Counted from the first letter of the stretch, positions 48,149 through 58,770 are shown. The stretch: 64,000 bases of DNA from Verrucomicrobiota bacterium (GCA_023443455.1 JAEZUE010000103.1:51885-115884), one strand, 5' to 3'. Numbers and translations: made by a program. The notes: generated by a model from the sequence alone, not told the origin.

Positions 48149-51016
48149 TCAACGTGCGGTCCGGCGCAGCAGCACGGCAAGCCCGAGGGCGACCAGGAAG
48201 CCGCCACCGAATGCGCCACCACCGCCCGAGCCGCCACCGGTGCTGCCGCCGGTCGAACCACCGCCGGTGCTGCCGCCGCCCGTCGTGCCGGTGCCGAGCG
48301 TGACGACCACCGGTGCACTGACCACGAGTTCACCGGACGAGAGCGTCGCTTCGACCGTGTACGTGCCGGCCTCGGCCGAAGCCATGGTCGCCGCATAGGT
48401 CGACGAGGTCGCACCCGCGAGCGGAACACCACCACGGCGCCATTGGTGCGCGGTCGCGGTGCCGCCGGAGACGGAGGCCCTCAGGGAGAGCGCCGCCCCG
48501 GCATTGACGGCCGCGGCGGGTCCGGCGATCGAAGCCGTCGGAACGGTCGTATCGGAGTATGCGACACCGGAGAGGTTGCCCGCGCCGGTGTTCACCGCGG
48601 CTTTGACCTCGGCCGCGGTGCGCAGGCCATAGCCGTAGGGCGGGATGAACACCTTGTCCGCGCCGCCAGCGGGCGCGGCCCCGGTGCAGGCGTCGTACTC
48701 GGCGCCGATGGTCAGAACAAGACCGGCGGCACGGGCCGCATCGCTTTGTCTCGTCACGAGCGGGTCGCGCATGCCGGTGAAGACGTTGCGCTCGTTGAGC
48801 AGCTGGGTCTGGTTGTCCGCCACCACCCCGCCGGTGTTGCCGGTGGCGGCGAGAACGTTGTTGTAGAAATGCAGATACGCATGCTCCGCGAGCGGCATGT
48901 CGCGGTCGACCGGGCCGTGCCAGCGGTTGTGGTGCATCGTCACCTGCAGGGCCTTCGTCTCCGAGCCGGCCTTGCCGATGAGCACGCTGCGGCGGTTGGC
49001 CGCGCCGGCCGAGGCGAAGGTGAACTCGCACCACGACACGGTCACCTGGTCGGCACCGTTGGTGATCGAGAGCTGATGCCCGGCGCTGTCGAGGAAGGTG
49101 CAACGGGTCACGAGAACCTTGTTGCCCCCGGCGACGACGAGCGCATCGCCCGCCGGACTGGAGAGATTGAGTCCCCGCACCACGACATTGCTGACACCCG
49201 AACCGATCCGGAGCGTGCCGAGCAGAGTCGCGTCGGCATCGGCCCCTTGGATGGTCTTCTGACTGGCGACATCCACCGTGCCGATGTCGAGCGAGCCGGC
49301 GACGGTGATCACCTTCGCCTCAGCGGAGGCGACCGCCGCCTTGAACGCCGCCACGGTGGTCACCGTGAAATGGGCGCTCGTCGCCGTGCCACCACCGGTG
49401 GCGGAGGCGCCGAAGCCGTCCGCCTTGACAGTGGCGACCTGCGCCGGACCGACATTCACGAACACCGCCGGACTGGTCGTGGCGCCATGGGAATTGGACG
49501 CGACAACGCGGTAGTGGCCGGTGTGCGCATAGGCGGCCTGCGCGACCGCATAGGTCGCCGCGTTGGCGCCGGCGATCGCCGCGAAGTTGCTGCCGTCGGT
49601 GCTGAACTGCCACTGGTAGGTCGTCGGATCGGCCGAGCCGAGGGTCGTGGCCGCGGCGGTGAGCGACAGGGCCGAGCCCAGCGTGACGGACGCCGCCGAA
49701 GGCTGCGTGGTGAAGGCGGGCTGCTTGCCCGCCACGAGGGTGACCGCAACCGGCACACTGTGGCCGATCCCGTCACCAACTTTCACCGTCACCGTGTAGC
49801 TGGCGTTGGCGTTGAAATCGAGCTTCGACACATCCGCGAGGCGCAGCGCACCGGTGGTCGCGTCGATCGCCACGGCCGGGGCGCCGGTGCCGCCGGTGAC
49901 CGACCAGTCCTGGAGGGTGGCGCCGGCATCGGCATCGGTCGCCTGCACCATGCCGAGCAGCGTCTGGTTGGTCGCGCCGGAGGCGACGGTGAAGCTCTGC
50001 CCGGCCGCGAGCACGGGAAGGTTGTTCGGCACGTATTGTTTCAACCAGGTCATCGCGGGCTTCTCGGTGCCGTCGGCCTCGACCAGCGTGGCGCCGGTGC
50101 TGTCGCGCCACATGCCGGGGCGGTAGCCCCAGAGGGTGATGCCGACGACGGAGGGGTGCTCCCAGAAGAGCGGGAAGATGCGCTGGTAGTCGGCGAGCTG
50201 CGGCTTGGCCGTGGTGTCGTCGATGTCCATCTCCGTGATCATGATCGGCAGATTCGTCGCCGCGAGGGTGGCGAGGTTGGCCGAGAGCGTCTGGGTCGTC
50301 TGGTCCTTGGTCTCGAAGGAGTGCGCCTGCACGGCAACGACGTCCACGAGGTTCTCGGCCTTGAGCAGATTGACGATCTGCACGTAGCGGCCCATGGCAT
50401 TGGCGTCGCCAAGCACCCCATACTCGTTGAGCACGAGCTTCTTCCCCGGGAAGTACTGGCGGGCGAGGCGGAAGGACTCGAGGATCCAGTCCCAGCCGGA
50501 GGTGCCGGCGCCGCCGAGGGCGTCGGCATAGTTCGCGGCCTTGTTGGTGGAGAAGGCGATGGTCTCGCCGTTGGGCGGGGCGTGCAGGGGCTCGTTGACC
50601 ACCTCGATGTAGTCGAGGTCCGGATAACGCGCGGCGACGGCGGCGTACCACTCCTTGATCTCCGCGAGCTTCTCGGCGGTGGAGAGCGAGTCGATCCACG
50701 CGGGCTGCTGGCTGCCCCAGACCAGGATGTGGAAGCGGAACTTGAAGCCGTTGGAGCGGGCGAAGTTGTAGGCCGTGTCGAGCTCGGTCCAGTTCATGGT
50801 GTCGCGAGTGGCCTCGACGCTGCCCCATTTGCCGGCGTTCTCCGGCGTGACCTGGTTGAAGTAGGTGGCGAAGCCGGTCGCCTGGGGCGTGCTGTAGGCA
50901 CAACCGAGAAACTTGGTCTTGCCCGCGGCCAGCGGGGTGGCGGCGGCGCGCTGGCCGAGCAGGCCGGCCGCGGCGAGAAGCGTGAGCAGCAACAGGGGAC
51001 GTTTGGGGGATTTCAT
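48149..51016 (-). CDS. Secreted multidomain CAZyme: GH10 xylanase, cadherin-like and Ig-like domains, pectate-lyase-type beta-helix, Ig-like domain, Gly-rich linker and a C-terminal TM/basic anchor
   Basis: GH10: ...VTPENAGKWGSVE...HILVWGSQQPAW...VVNEPLH...ITEMDID. The lyase-like part includes ...VTVSWCEF...RRSVLIG...MHHNRWHGPVDRDMPLAEHAYLHFYNNV. The tail is GGGAFGGGFLVALGLAVLLRRTAR. Confidence 0.7.
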   Translation of the reverse strand: MKSPKRPLLLLTLLAAAGLLGQRAAATPLAAGKTKFLGCAYSTPQATGFATYFNQVTPENAGKWGSVEATRDTMNWTELDTAYNFARSNGFKFRFHILVWGSQQPAWIDSLSTAEKLAEIKEWYAAVAARYPDLDYIEVVNEPLHAPPNGETIAFSTNKAANYADALGGAGTSGWDWILESFRLARQYFPGKKLVLNEYGVLGDANAMGRYVQIVNLLKAENLVDVVAVQAHSFETKDQTTQTLSANLATLAATNLPIMITEMDIDDTTAKPQLADYQRIFPLFWEHPSVVGITLWGYRPGMWRDSTGATLVEADGTEKPAMTWLKQYVPNNLPVLAAGQSFTVASGATNQTLLGMVQATDADAGATLQDWSVTGGTGAPAVAIDATTGALRLADVSKLDFNANASYTVTVKVGDGIGHSVPVAVTLVAGKQPAFTTQPSAASVTLGSALSLTAAATTLGSADPTTYQWQFSTDGSNFAAIAGANAATYAVAQAAYAHTGHYRVVASNSHGATTSPAVFVNVGPAQVATVKADGFGASATGGGTATSAHFTVTTVAAFKAAVASAEAKVITVAGSLDIGTVDVASQKTIQGADADATLLGTLRIGSGVSNVVVRGLNLSSPAGDALVVAGGNKVLVTRCTFLDSAGHQLSITNGADQVTVSWCEFTFASAGAANRRSVLIGKAGSETKALQVTMHHNRWHGPVDRDMPLAEHAYLHFYNNVLAATGNTGGVVADNQTQLLNERNVFTGMRDPLVTRQSDAARAAGLVLTIGAEYDACTGAAPAGGADKVFIPPYGYGLRTAAEVKAAVNTGAGNLSGVAYSDTTVPTASIAGPAAAVNAGAALSLRASVSGGTATAHQWRRGGVPLAGATSSTYAATMASAEAGTYTVEATLSSGELVVSAPVVVTLGTGTTGGGSTGGGSTGGSTGGGSGGGGAFGGGFLVALGLAVLLRRTAR

Positions 51017-51276
51017 GGCGGTGGGGAGTCGGGTTTGGGGGAGACGGCGGCCGGGCGGGCCGGAGTCTGTGTTCGATCATCAAGCACAGGGGACTCGCCG
51101 GCCGTCCGGTTCGGGGAACCGGTCGCGACAAGGGCATCCAATTTCCGTCCCGCGGGTCAGTTGCCCGAAGATGCTAACAATCGCACAACGCCCAATTTAT
51201 CGCCCAATGGCCCGAAAAACCTTTCTTGGTTTTTCCCCCGGCCCACCGTTTCATCGCGCCGCACTCTCCCTCCGGC

Positions 51277-52278
51277 ATGCTCCGCTTCGTCCTCCGCCGC
51301 CTGCTCGAATCGATCCCCGTGATGCTCATCATCGTCACGGCGACGTTCTTCATGGTCCGCTTCGTGCCGGGCGGGCCGTTCCTCGGCGAGAAGGCGCTGC
51401 CGCCGGAGGTGCTGCGCAACCTCGAGGCGCACTACGGCCTCGACCAGCCGCTCTGGCGCCAATACGTCGACTACCTCGGCAAGCTCTGCCCGACGCGCCT
51501 GATGCCGCAGCGCCTCTTCGCCGACACCGACCGCGACGGCCGTTTCGACTTCGATCTCGACGCGGCCTTCGGCATCGATTTCGGCCCGTCGCTCAAGTAC
51601 GCGAACCGCTCCGTCAACGAGGTCGTCGCCGGTGCGCTGCCCTACTCGCTCGAGCTCGGCGCTTGGTCGTTGCTCGTGGCGCTCGCGCTCGGCATCCCGC
51701 TCGGCGTGTTGGCCGCGGTGCGACGCAACACCTGGCTCGACTACGTGGGCAGCGGCGTGTCGCTGCTGGGCATCTGCGTGCCCACCTTCATCCTCGGGCC
51801 GATCCTCGTGCTCGTATTCGCGATCCACTTCCAGCGTTTCAACGCCTCGGGCTGGGAGGAGCCGCTCGACCGCGTGCTGCCCGCCTTCACGCTCGGGCTG
51901 GTCTACGCCGCCTACGTGGCGCGCCTCACCCGCGGCGGCATGCTCGAGGTGCTCGGGCAGGACTACATCCGCACCGCGCGCGCGAAGGGCGCCTCGGAGC
52001 TGCGCATCGTGCTGCGCCACGCGTTGAAGGGCGGATTGCTGCCGGTGGTGTCGTTTCTCGGGCCGGCGGCCGCCGGCATCCTCACCGGCTCGTTCGTGAT
52101 CGAGCGCATCTTCCAGATCCCCGGCCTCGGGCGGGAGTTCGTCACGTCCGCCTTCAACCGCGACTACACCTTGGTCGTCGGCACCGTCGTGCTCTACGCG
52201 GGCGCGATCGTGGTCTTCAACCTCGCCGTCGATGTCGTGCAGGTGTGGCTCAACCCCAAGCTGCGTTTCGAGGACTAG
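51277..52278 (+). CDS. ABC transporter permease, Opp/Dpp family (OppB-like)
   Basis: MLRFVLRRLLESIPVMLIIVTATFFMVRFVPGGPF... and the EAA-loop region ...DYIRTARAKGASE... Confidence 0.8.
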   Translation: MLRFVLRRLLESIPVMLIIVTATFFMVRFVPGGPFLGEKALPPEVLRNLEAHYGLDQPLWRQYVDYLGKLCPTRLMPQRLFADTDRDGRFDFDLDAAFGIDFGPSLKYANRSVNEVVAGALPYSLELGAWSLLVALALGIPLGVLAAVRRNTWLDYVGSGVSLLGICVPTFILGPILVLVFAIHFQRFNASGWEEPLDRVLPAFTLGLVYAAYVARLTRGGMLEVLGQDYIRTARAKGASELRIVLRHALKGGLLPVVSFLGPAAAGILTGSFVIERIFQIPGLGREFVTSAFNRDYTLVVGTVVLYAGAIVVFNLAVDVVQVWLNPKLRFED

Positions 52279-52329
52279 CCCATGCCGACATTCACGCAAA
52301 ACCTGATCACACCGATGGCGCGCTTGCAC

Positions 52330-52403
52330 GTAGGGGCGTCGCTTGCGACGCCCTCCGTACTGCGTGCAACCGCACAGCCAGGCGTCGCAAGCGGCGCCCC
52401 TAC
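52330..52403. repeat. Variant REP doublet in the oppB-oppC spacer
   Basis: GTAGGGGCGTCGCTTGCGACGCC ... GGCGTCGCAAGCGGCGCCCCTAC. It has the same GTAG head and GCTTGC loop architecture as the RAYT-flanking REPs. Confidence 0.75.
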
Positions 52404-52444
52404 GAGTCGGCAATCCCCTCGCACCAATTGCTGAGCAATTCGCG

Positions 52445-53389
52445 ATGCTTCGCCTTTCGCCCTCACCCGACCGCCTCCCCTCGCCCGCGCCGCTCGACGC
52501 CGCGGAGAGCGGCAGCTCGCTCGGGCGCGATGCCTGGCGAAGGCTAAGGAAGAACCGTGTCGCCGTGTTTTCGGGACTGTTTCTCGTGCTGCTCGCGCTG
52601 GCCTGCGCGGTGTTGCCGGCCGTGCTCGGGTTGTCCTACTCGGATCAGGATCTGCTCAACGCCTACGCCGCACCCGGCCCGGGCCACTGGCTCGGCACGG
52701 ATCGGCTCGGGCACGACATGCTCGCGCGCGTGCTCTTCGGCTGCCGGATTTCGCTCGCCGTCGGGTTGGCGGCCACGGCCGTTTCCCTGACCATCGGGGT
52801 CATCTGGGGCTCGGTCGCCGGCTACGCGGGCGGCAAGGTCGACACCGTGATGATGCGCATCGTCGACATCGTCTACGCGTTGCCGTTCACCGTCTTCGTG
52901 ATCCTGCTGATGGTGTTCAGCGACGCCTTGGCCAAGCGCCTGCAACTCGGTCCGCTCTGGAACATCCTCGTGCTGTTCTGCGCGATCGGCGCGGTCGAGT
53001 GGCTGACGATGGCGCGCATCGTGCGCGGCCAGATGCTGTCGCTGAAGCGCATGGAGTTTGTGGAGGCGGCGCGCACGCTCGGGCTCGGCCATGCGCGGAT
53101 CATCTTCAGGCACCTGCTGCCGAACCTGCTCGGGCCGGTGATCGTGTACACGACACTCACGATCCCCGGAGTGATGTTGCTCGAGGCGTTCCTGAGTTTC
53201 CTCGGGCTCGGCGTGCAGGCGCCGATGAGTTCGCTCGGCACTTTGATCTACGACGGGCAACTCGAGATGGAGACTCACCTGTGGCTGCTGCTCGGGCCAG
53301 GCCTGGTGTTCTCGCTCACGTTGTTGGCCCTCAATTTCCTGGGAGACGGCTTGCGCGACGCCTTGGATGTGAAAGCCTCCGCCGACTAG
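52445..53389 (+). CDS. ABC transporter permease, Opp/Dpp family (OppC-like)
   Basis: ...HWLGTDRLGHDMLARVLFGCRISL... and ...EFVEAARTLGLGHARIIFRHLLPN... Confidence 0.8.
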   Translation: MLRLSPSPDRLPSPAPLDAAESGSSLGRDAWRRLRKNRVAVFSGLFLVLLALACAVLPAVLGLSYSDQDLLNAYAAPGPGHWLGTDRLGHDMLARVLFGCRISLAVGLAATAVSLTIGVIWGSVAGYAGGKVDTVMMRIVDIVYALPFTVFVILLMVFSDALAKRLQLGPLWNILVLFCAIGAVEWLTMARIVRGQMLSLKRMEFVEAARTLGLGHARIIFRHLLPNLLGPVIVYTTLTIPGVMLLEAFLSFLGLGVQAPMSSLGTLIYDGQLEMETHLWLLLGPGLVFSLTLLALNFLGDGLRDALDVKASAD

Positions 53390-53399
53390 CCGCCCACCG

Positions 53400-55154
53400 A
53401 TGTTCTTCCGCTTCCGCCCCTACTATCGATACCTGCGCCCGGTGCGGGGAAAATTCATCGCCGGCATTCTGTTCGGCGTGATCAGCGGCGGCGCGAGCGG
53501 CGGTGGTGTGCCGGTGATCATCGACAAGGCGCTCAAACCGCTCTTCGAGGCCACCGGCGCCGCCCGCCAGAGCGTGTGGGAGATCGCACTGGTTTTGGCG
53601 CTCATCCCGTTGCTCATCGGGATCCGCTGCGCCGGACAGGCACTGAACACCTACCTCATCACCTACTCCGGCACCGTGGTGCTGGAAGGGCTGCGGTTGG
53701 ACCTCTTCAAGAAGTTCCAACGCCTGCATTTGGCCTTCTTCCAACGTGCCCGTAGTGGCGACCTGCTCGCCCGCGGCATCTCCGACACGCAGCAGGTCCA
53801 GCTCACGCTCACCACTTCGGCCAACGATCTGGTCGTGCTCCCGGTCACGTTCCTGAGTGCGTTGGGTTATATCGTCTGGGCCGCCTTCAACCGCCCGGGC
53901 GCGGCGATCTTCCTGCTCGGCCTCGCGGTGATTCCGGTGTGCGTGCTGCCGTTGAAAATCATCGGCAAGAATCTCTACCGGCGCGCCAAGCAGGCTTTCA
54001 ATGCCGGCGGCGACGTCTCCGAACAGCTCCGCGAGAATCTCTCCGCCACGCGCGAGGTGCGCGCCTTCGGCCTGCAGGAACACGAGATCGGCCGCTTCCA
54101 CGCCGGCATCCACAAGCTCTTCGGCCTCCAGATGAAGGTGACGAAGTACACGGCGATCCTGTCTCCGTTGATTGAATTCATCGCGGTGTTCGGCATCGCC
54201 GGTTCCCTGCTGCTCTCCTACCGCGCGCAGACCCCGTTCAACACCGTGCTGGCCATGGTCACGGCGCTCTACATGGCCTACGACCCGCTGCGCAAAATGG
54301 GCAAGCTGCAGGGCGAGTTCACCCGCGGTGCCGCCGCGCTCGACCGCATCGAGCAGGTCATGAACGAGCCCGAACCCATCGCCGACCCCGCCACGCCGAA
54401 AACCCTCGGCCGCGCGCGCGGCGAGATTGAGTTCCGCAACGTCGCTTTCTCCTACGGCTCCGGCACCGAGGAGAGCGTGCTCCGCGACATCTCCGTCACC
54501 ATCCCGGCCGGCACGACCGTCGCCCTCGTCGGCCCCAGCGGCGCCGGCAAGAGCACCTTCGCCAACCTCGTGCCGCGCTTCTACGACGTGACCTCGGGCG
54601 CCGTGCTCGTCGACGGCATCGACCTCCGCGAACTCCGCCAGGCCGAGCTGCGGGCGAACATCGCGGTCGTCAGCCAGGACTCGTTTCTCTTCAACGACAC
54701 CATCTACAACAACCTCCTGCTCGGCCGCCCCGGCGCCACCCGCGAGGAAGTCGAGCAGGCGGCGCGCGACGCCTACGCCCACGACTTCATCGTCACCTCG
54801 TTGCCACAGGGCTACGACACCCTCGTCGGCGAACGCGGCGCCTCGCTCTCCGGCGGCCAACGCCAACGCATCGCCCTCGCCCGCGCCTTTCTGCGCCACG
54901 CCCCGATCCTCATCCTCGACGAAGCCACCTCCGCCCTCGACAGCGAGAGCGAGGCCGCGATCCAGAAAGCCCTGCAGAAGCTCGTCGTCGGCCGCACCGT
55001 GCTGATGATCGCCCACCGCTTCAGCACCCTGCGCGACGCCAACCTCGTGCTCGTCTTCGACCGCGGCCAGATCGTCGCCCGCGGCCCGCACGCCGAAGTC
55101 TACCGCACCAACCCGCTCTACCGCGGCCTCTACGACCAGCAGCAGATCGGCTGA
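53400..55154 (+). CDS. ABC exporter, fused permease-ATPase (MsbA/lipid-export-like)
   Basis: Six-TM N-domain, Walker A GPSGAGKST, signature LSGGQRQR and Walker B ILILDEATSALD. Confidence 0.8.
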   Translation: MFFRFRPYYRYLRPVRGKFIAGILFGVISGGASGGGVPVIIDKALKPLFEATGAARQSVWEIALVLALIPLLIGIRCAGQALNTYLITYSGTVVLEGLRLDLFKKFQRLHLAFFQRARSGDLLARGISDTQQVQLTLTTSANDLVVLPVTFLSALGYIVWAAFNRPGAAIFLLGLAVIPVCVLPLKIIGKNLYRRAKQAFNAGGDVSEQLRENLSATREVRAFGLQEHEIGRFHAGIHKLFGLQMKVTKYTAILSPLIEFIAVFGIAGSLLLSYRAQTPFNTVLAMVTALYMAYDPLRKMGKLQGEFTRGAAALDRIEQVMNEPEPIADPATPKTLGRARGEIEFRNVAFSYGSGTEESVLRDISVTIPAGTTVALVGPSGAGKSTFANLVPRFYDVTSGAVLVDGIDLRELRQAELRANIAVVSQDSFLFNDTIYNNLLLGRPGATREEVEQAARDAYAHDFIVTSLPQGYDTLVGERGASLSGGQRQRIALARAFLRHAPILILDEATSALDSESEAAIQKALQKLVVGRTVLMIAHRFSTLRDANLVLVFDRGQIVARGPHAEVYRTNPLYRGLYDQQQIG

Positions 55155-55165
55155 CCCGAGTCCCC

Positions 55166-55546
55166 ATGCCCGAAGCCCACGAGTTCTCCCGCGACATCGA
55201 GAACCTGATCGCTTCATTGCGAGGGTTGCCCACCGACGACTCGCGGTCGAAGCGCCGCAAGGAACAGCCCATCGGCCTGTCGATCGACAAGATCCTCCGC
55301 CAATACCACATCGGCGAAGAGGCTCCCGACCACACCATCCGGCAGCACTGGGCCGACGTCGTCGGCTCCGCCAACGCCGCCTACAGCCACCCGGTCAAGA
55401 TCGACAAGAAAGGCAAACTGCTCGTGCTCGTCTCCCACGCCGTCGTGCGCGACGAACTCCGCCTGCTCGAGACGATCATGCTCCAGCGCATCCGCCGCCT
55501 GCACGGCTGCGAAAACGTCACCGGCCTCACGCTGCGCGCCGGCTGA
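55166..55546 (+). CDS. DUF721 (DciA-like) protein
   Basis: ...IRQHWADVVGSANAAYSHPVKIDKKGKLLVLVSHAVVRDELRLLETIMLQRI... fits the DUF721 pattern. Confidence 0.6.
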   Translation: MPEAHEFSRDIENLIASLRGLPTDDSRSKRRKEQPIGLSIDKILRQYHIGEEAPDHTIRQHWADVVGSANAAYSHPVKIDKKGKLLVLVSHAVVRDELRLLETIMLQRIRRLHGCENVTGLTLRAG

Positions 55547-55548
55547 GG

Positions 55549-55687
55549 CGTGATGATGCTGTCGAGAGGCGAGCGTCGAGGGACTAGCGTCAAACCGTCG
55601 GTGGCGAGCTTTCATCACGATTGCTTCGCTCGATCTCCTCCGGGATCGGCCCCTCGACGCTCGTCCATCGTCACTCGACCGCATGCT
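55549..55687 (-). repeat. MITE-like structured repeat, copy C (139 bp class, inverted)
   Basis: The reverse complement aligns with copies A, B and D. Flanked by perfect CGGCTGAGGC at 55540-55549 and 55690-55699. Confidence 0.85.
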
Positions 55688-55967
55688 TACGGCTGAGGCC
55701 AGCCGCGACTCGCCGCACCGCCGCGCTCCGGCGGGCCGGTCCCAAAGCGGGAAGCGACGCACCCCGAAAAAACCGCTTGCGAACTCGCAAAGCGCTCGGG
55801 ATAAACGCCCCTCGCGTTAGTGACTGTCCATCGGTTTGGACAGCCACCTCGACTGGTTCCGAAGCCCTCCCGGCCGAGGAACTAGAACGGTGCGACCGGC
55901 CTTCCACAGCGGGTTGCACGGGCCTCCCCGGAGGTTCCACTCAGTCGTGGATCAAGCAACAACCAAC

Positions 55968-56234
55968 ATGTCAGAAGTCACCACCAAGCAAGAAGTCATC
56001 ACCAAGTTCCGGACCCACGAAAAGGATACCGGATCCCCCGAGGTGCAGATCGCGATCCTCTCGCAGCGCATCGCCCACCTCACGGAACACCTTCGCGACC
56101 ATCGCAAGGATTTCCACAGCCGCCGCGGTCTGCTCGCGATGGCCAGCCGCCGCCGCAAGCTCCTCGACTACCTGAAGAGCGAAAGCGTCGAACGCTACAC
56201 CAACGTGTTGCAGGCACTCGGCCTGCGCCGCTAA
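55968..56234 (+). CDS. rpsO: 30S ribosomal protein S15
   Basis: ...[56 protein letters not shown]... Confidence 0.95.
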   Translation: MSEVTTKQEVITKFRTHEKDTGSPEVQIAILSQRIAHLTEHLRDHRKDFHSRRGLLAMASRRRKLLDYLKSESVERYTNVLQALGLRR

Positions 56235-56248
56235 AAGAACCTTTGACC

Positions 56249-56291
56249 CGTCGGCGGCGAATCCCGGAAAGATCGCCGCCGACGCCTTTTC
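56249..56291 (+). terminator. rpsO terminator / pnp leader hairpin
   Basis: CGTCGGCGGCGA-atcccggaaaga-TCGCCGCCGACG followed by CCTTTTC. Confidence 0.65.
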
Positions 56292-56444
56292 AGGGACCGA
56301 ACCAAGACTGGGACATTTCCGCCCGCCTTTCGCCCACAGCGCCAACCCCGCGCCGGAGGGCGGACGGAAATCTCTCAGGTTCTGGTCCGGCAGGTCCGAG
56401 CCCCCGGAAGCTCGCAAACCCAGAATTTCCGAACCATCCGAACC

Positions 56445-58682
56445 ATGAATCAGAAGCACTCCGTCACCATTGCCGAACTCGGGATGACCATCTCGACCGG
56501 CACCCTCGCCCAGCTCGCTTCGGGCGCCGTCACCGTCTCCATCGGCGAGACCACCGTCTTCGTCTCCGCCCAGGTCGCCGCGAACATCAAGCCCGGCCAG
56601 GACTTCTTCCCGCTCACCGTCGACTACCGCGAAAAGTTCTCCGCGGCCGGTCGTTTCCCCGGCGGCTACTTCAAGCGCGAAGGCCGCCCCTCCGAGAAGG
56701 AGATCCTCACCTCCCGCCTGTGCGACCGCCCCTGCCGCCCGCTCTTCCCCGAGGGTTTCCTCAATGAAGTGCAGGTCATCGGCATGCTGCTTTCCACCGA
56801 CCTGCAGAACGAGCCCGATATCTGCATGGTCAACGGCGCCTCCGCCGCCCTCTCCATCTCCGACATCCCGTGGGCCGGCCCGATCGCCTGCGTGCGCGTC
56901 GGCCTGATCGACGGTGAATTCGTCGCCAACCCGACCATCGACCAGATGGGCGGCTCCGCGCTCGACCTGATCTACGTCGGCAACGAGAAGGACATGCTCA
57001 TGATCGAGGGCAGCGCCGATCAGCTCCCCGAAGAGGAGTTCATCAAGGCCCTCGAGTTCGCCCAGAACGCCATCCAGCCGATCATCAAGGCCATCAAGGA
57101 ACTCGTCTCCTTGTGCGGCAAACCGAAGGTCTCCCCGACCCTCGTCATCGCCAAGCCCGAGGCCGTCGCCATCATCAAGCGCGTCGTCGGCGAGAAGGTG
57201 CAACCCGCCATCTTCGGCAAGGAGAAGGCCGAACGCACCGCCAACATCAAGGCCCTCAAGGAAGAGGCCAAGGTCGCCCTGCTCGCCGAACTCGGCGAAG
57301 GCAAGTTCACCGACGCCGACATCTCCATCGTCTTCGAAGAACTCCAGGCCCACGCCTACCGCGCCACCGTGCTCGCCCAGGGCAAGCGCGCCGACGGCCG
57401 CGACTCCCTGAGCCTGCGCCAGATCTCCTGCGACGTCGGCGTGCTCCCGCGCGTGCACGGCTCCGCCGTGTTCAAGCGTGGCGACACCCAGGGCCTCGTC
57501 ATCACCACCCTCGCCCCCTCCGGCGATGCGCAGGATCTCGACGGGCTCACCGGCGGCGCGAAGACCAAGAGCTTCATCCTCCACTACAACTTCCCGCCCT
57601 TCTCCGTCGGCGAGACCGGCCGCACCGGCTCGCCCGGCCGCCGCGAGATCGGTCACGGCGCCCTCGCCGAGCGCTCGCTCCTCCCGGTCGTCCCCACGGA
57701 AGACGCGTTCCCGTACGCCATCCGCCTCTCCTCCGAGATCATGGCCTCCAACGGCTCGACCTCCATGGCCTCGATCTGCGGCGGCTGCTTGGCCCTCATG
57801 GACGCCGGCGTGCCGATCGTCGCCCCCGTCGCCGGCATCTCCTGCGGTCTCATCACCGAGATGGACGAAGCCGGTACCATCACCCGCAGCGAAGTCATCA
57901 CCGACATCCTCGGCGAGGAAGACCACTTCGGCGACATGGACTTCAAGGTCGCCGGCACCACCACCGGCATCACCGGCTTCCAGCTCGACCTGAAGATCAA
58001 GGGCCTGCCCTTCGAGATCGCCAAGAAGGCCATCCTGCAGGCCCGCGACGCCCGCCTCCAGATCCTCAGCACGATGCTCGCCTCCCTGCCGGCCCCGCGC
58101 AAGGACCTCAGCCCCTTCGCCCCGCGCATCCAGACCATCCAGATCAACCCCGAGAAGATCGGCCTGCTCATCGGCCCCGGAGGCAAGACCATCCGTCGCA
58201 TCGTCGAGACCACCGGCGCGCAGATCGACATCTCCGACGACGACTCCGGCAAGGTCCTCATCTACTCGAACAACGCCGACTCGCTCAACCGCGCGATCCA
58301 AGAGATCGATGTGCTCTGCGGCGGCGGCGCCCAGATCGAGATGGGCAAGATCTACAACGGCCGCGTTTCCGGCATCAAGGACTTCGGCTGCTTCGTCGAG
58401 TGCCTGCCGGGCAAGGAAGGTCTCTGCCACATCTCCGAGCTCGCCGACTTCCGCGTGCGCCGCACCGAAGACGTCGTCAAGATGGGCGACCAGATCTGGG
58501 TGAAGTGCGTCGGCATCGACGAGCGCAGCGGCAAGGTCCGCCTCAGCCGCCGCGCCGCCATGCAGGAACGCGAAGCCGCCGCGCAGCCCAAGACCGAAGC
58601 GGCCCCCGCCGCCGAAGCCCCGGCCACCGAGGCCAGCCCCGCCGAGCAGGCTCCCGCCACCGAGGAGAAGCCGCAGGAATAA
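56445..58682 (+). CDS. pnp: Polyribonucleotide nucleotidyltransferase (PNPase)
   Basis: Two RNase PH domains ([29 protein letters not shown]; [14 protein letters not shown]), plus KH and S1 domains and a C-terminal Ala/Pro/Glu tail. Confidence 0.95.
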   Translation: MNQKHSVTIAELGMTISTGTLAQLASGAVTVSIGETTVFVSAQVAANIKPGQDFFPLTVDYREKFSAAGRFPGGYFKREGRPSEKEILTSRLCDRPCRPLFPEGFLNEVQVIGMLLSTDLQNEPDICMVNGASAALSISDIPWAGPIACVRVGLIDGEFVANPTIDQMGGSALDLIYVGNEKDMLMIEGSADQLPEEEFIKALEFAQNAIQPIIKAIKELVSLCGKPKVSPTLVIAKPEAVAIIKRVVGEKVQPAIFGKEKAERTANIKALKEEAKVALLAELGEGKFTDADISIVFEELQAHAYRATVLAQGKRADGRDSLSLRQISCDVGVLPRVHGSAVFKRGDTQGLVITTLAPSGDAQDLDGLTGGAKTKSFILHYNFPPFSVGETGRTGSPGRREIGHGALAERSLLPVVPTEDAFPYAIRLSSEIMASNGSTSMASICGGCLALMDAGVPIVAPVAGISCGLITEMDEAGTITRSEVITDILGEEDHFGDMDFKVAGTTTGITGFQLDLKIKGLPFEIAKKAILQARDARLQILSTMLASLPAPRKDLSPFAPRIQTIQINPEKIGLLIGPGGKTIRRIVETTGAQIDISDDDSGKVLIYSNNADSLNRAIQEIDVLCGGGAQIEMGKIYNGRVSGIKDFGCFVECLPGKEGLCHISELADFRVRRTEDVVKMGDQIWVKCVGIDERSGKVRLSRRAAMQEREAAAQPKTEAAPAAEAPATEASPAEQAPATEEKPQE

Positions 58683-58731
58683 CCCTGCACCCACCGTCGG
58701 GTGCGAGTTCGCTCGCACCGCTTCGACTTTC

Positions 58732-58770
58732 GCCCCGCGGTCTCACCACCGCGGGGCTTTTCTTTTCTTT
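58732..58770 (+). terminator. Rho-independent terminator of pnp
   Basis: GCCCCGCGG-tctcacca-CCGCGGGGC followed by TTTTCTTTTCTTT. Confidence 0.8.

Noticed and set aside
51213-51234. GAAAAACC-TTTCTT-GGTTTTTC hairpin upstream of oppB as a riboswitch or attenuator.
   Set aside because: The stem is a short 8 bp and AT-rich, with no recognisable conserved motif or alternative pairing. There is insufficient evidence beyond noting it.
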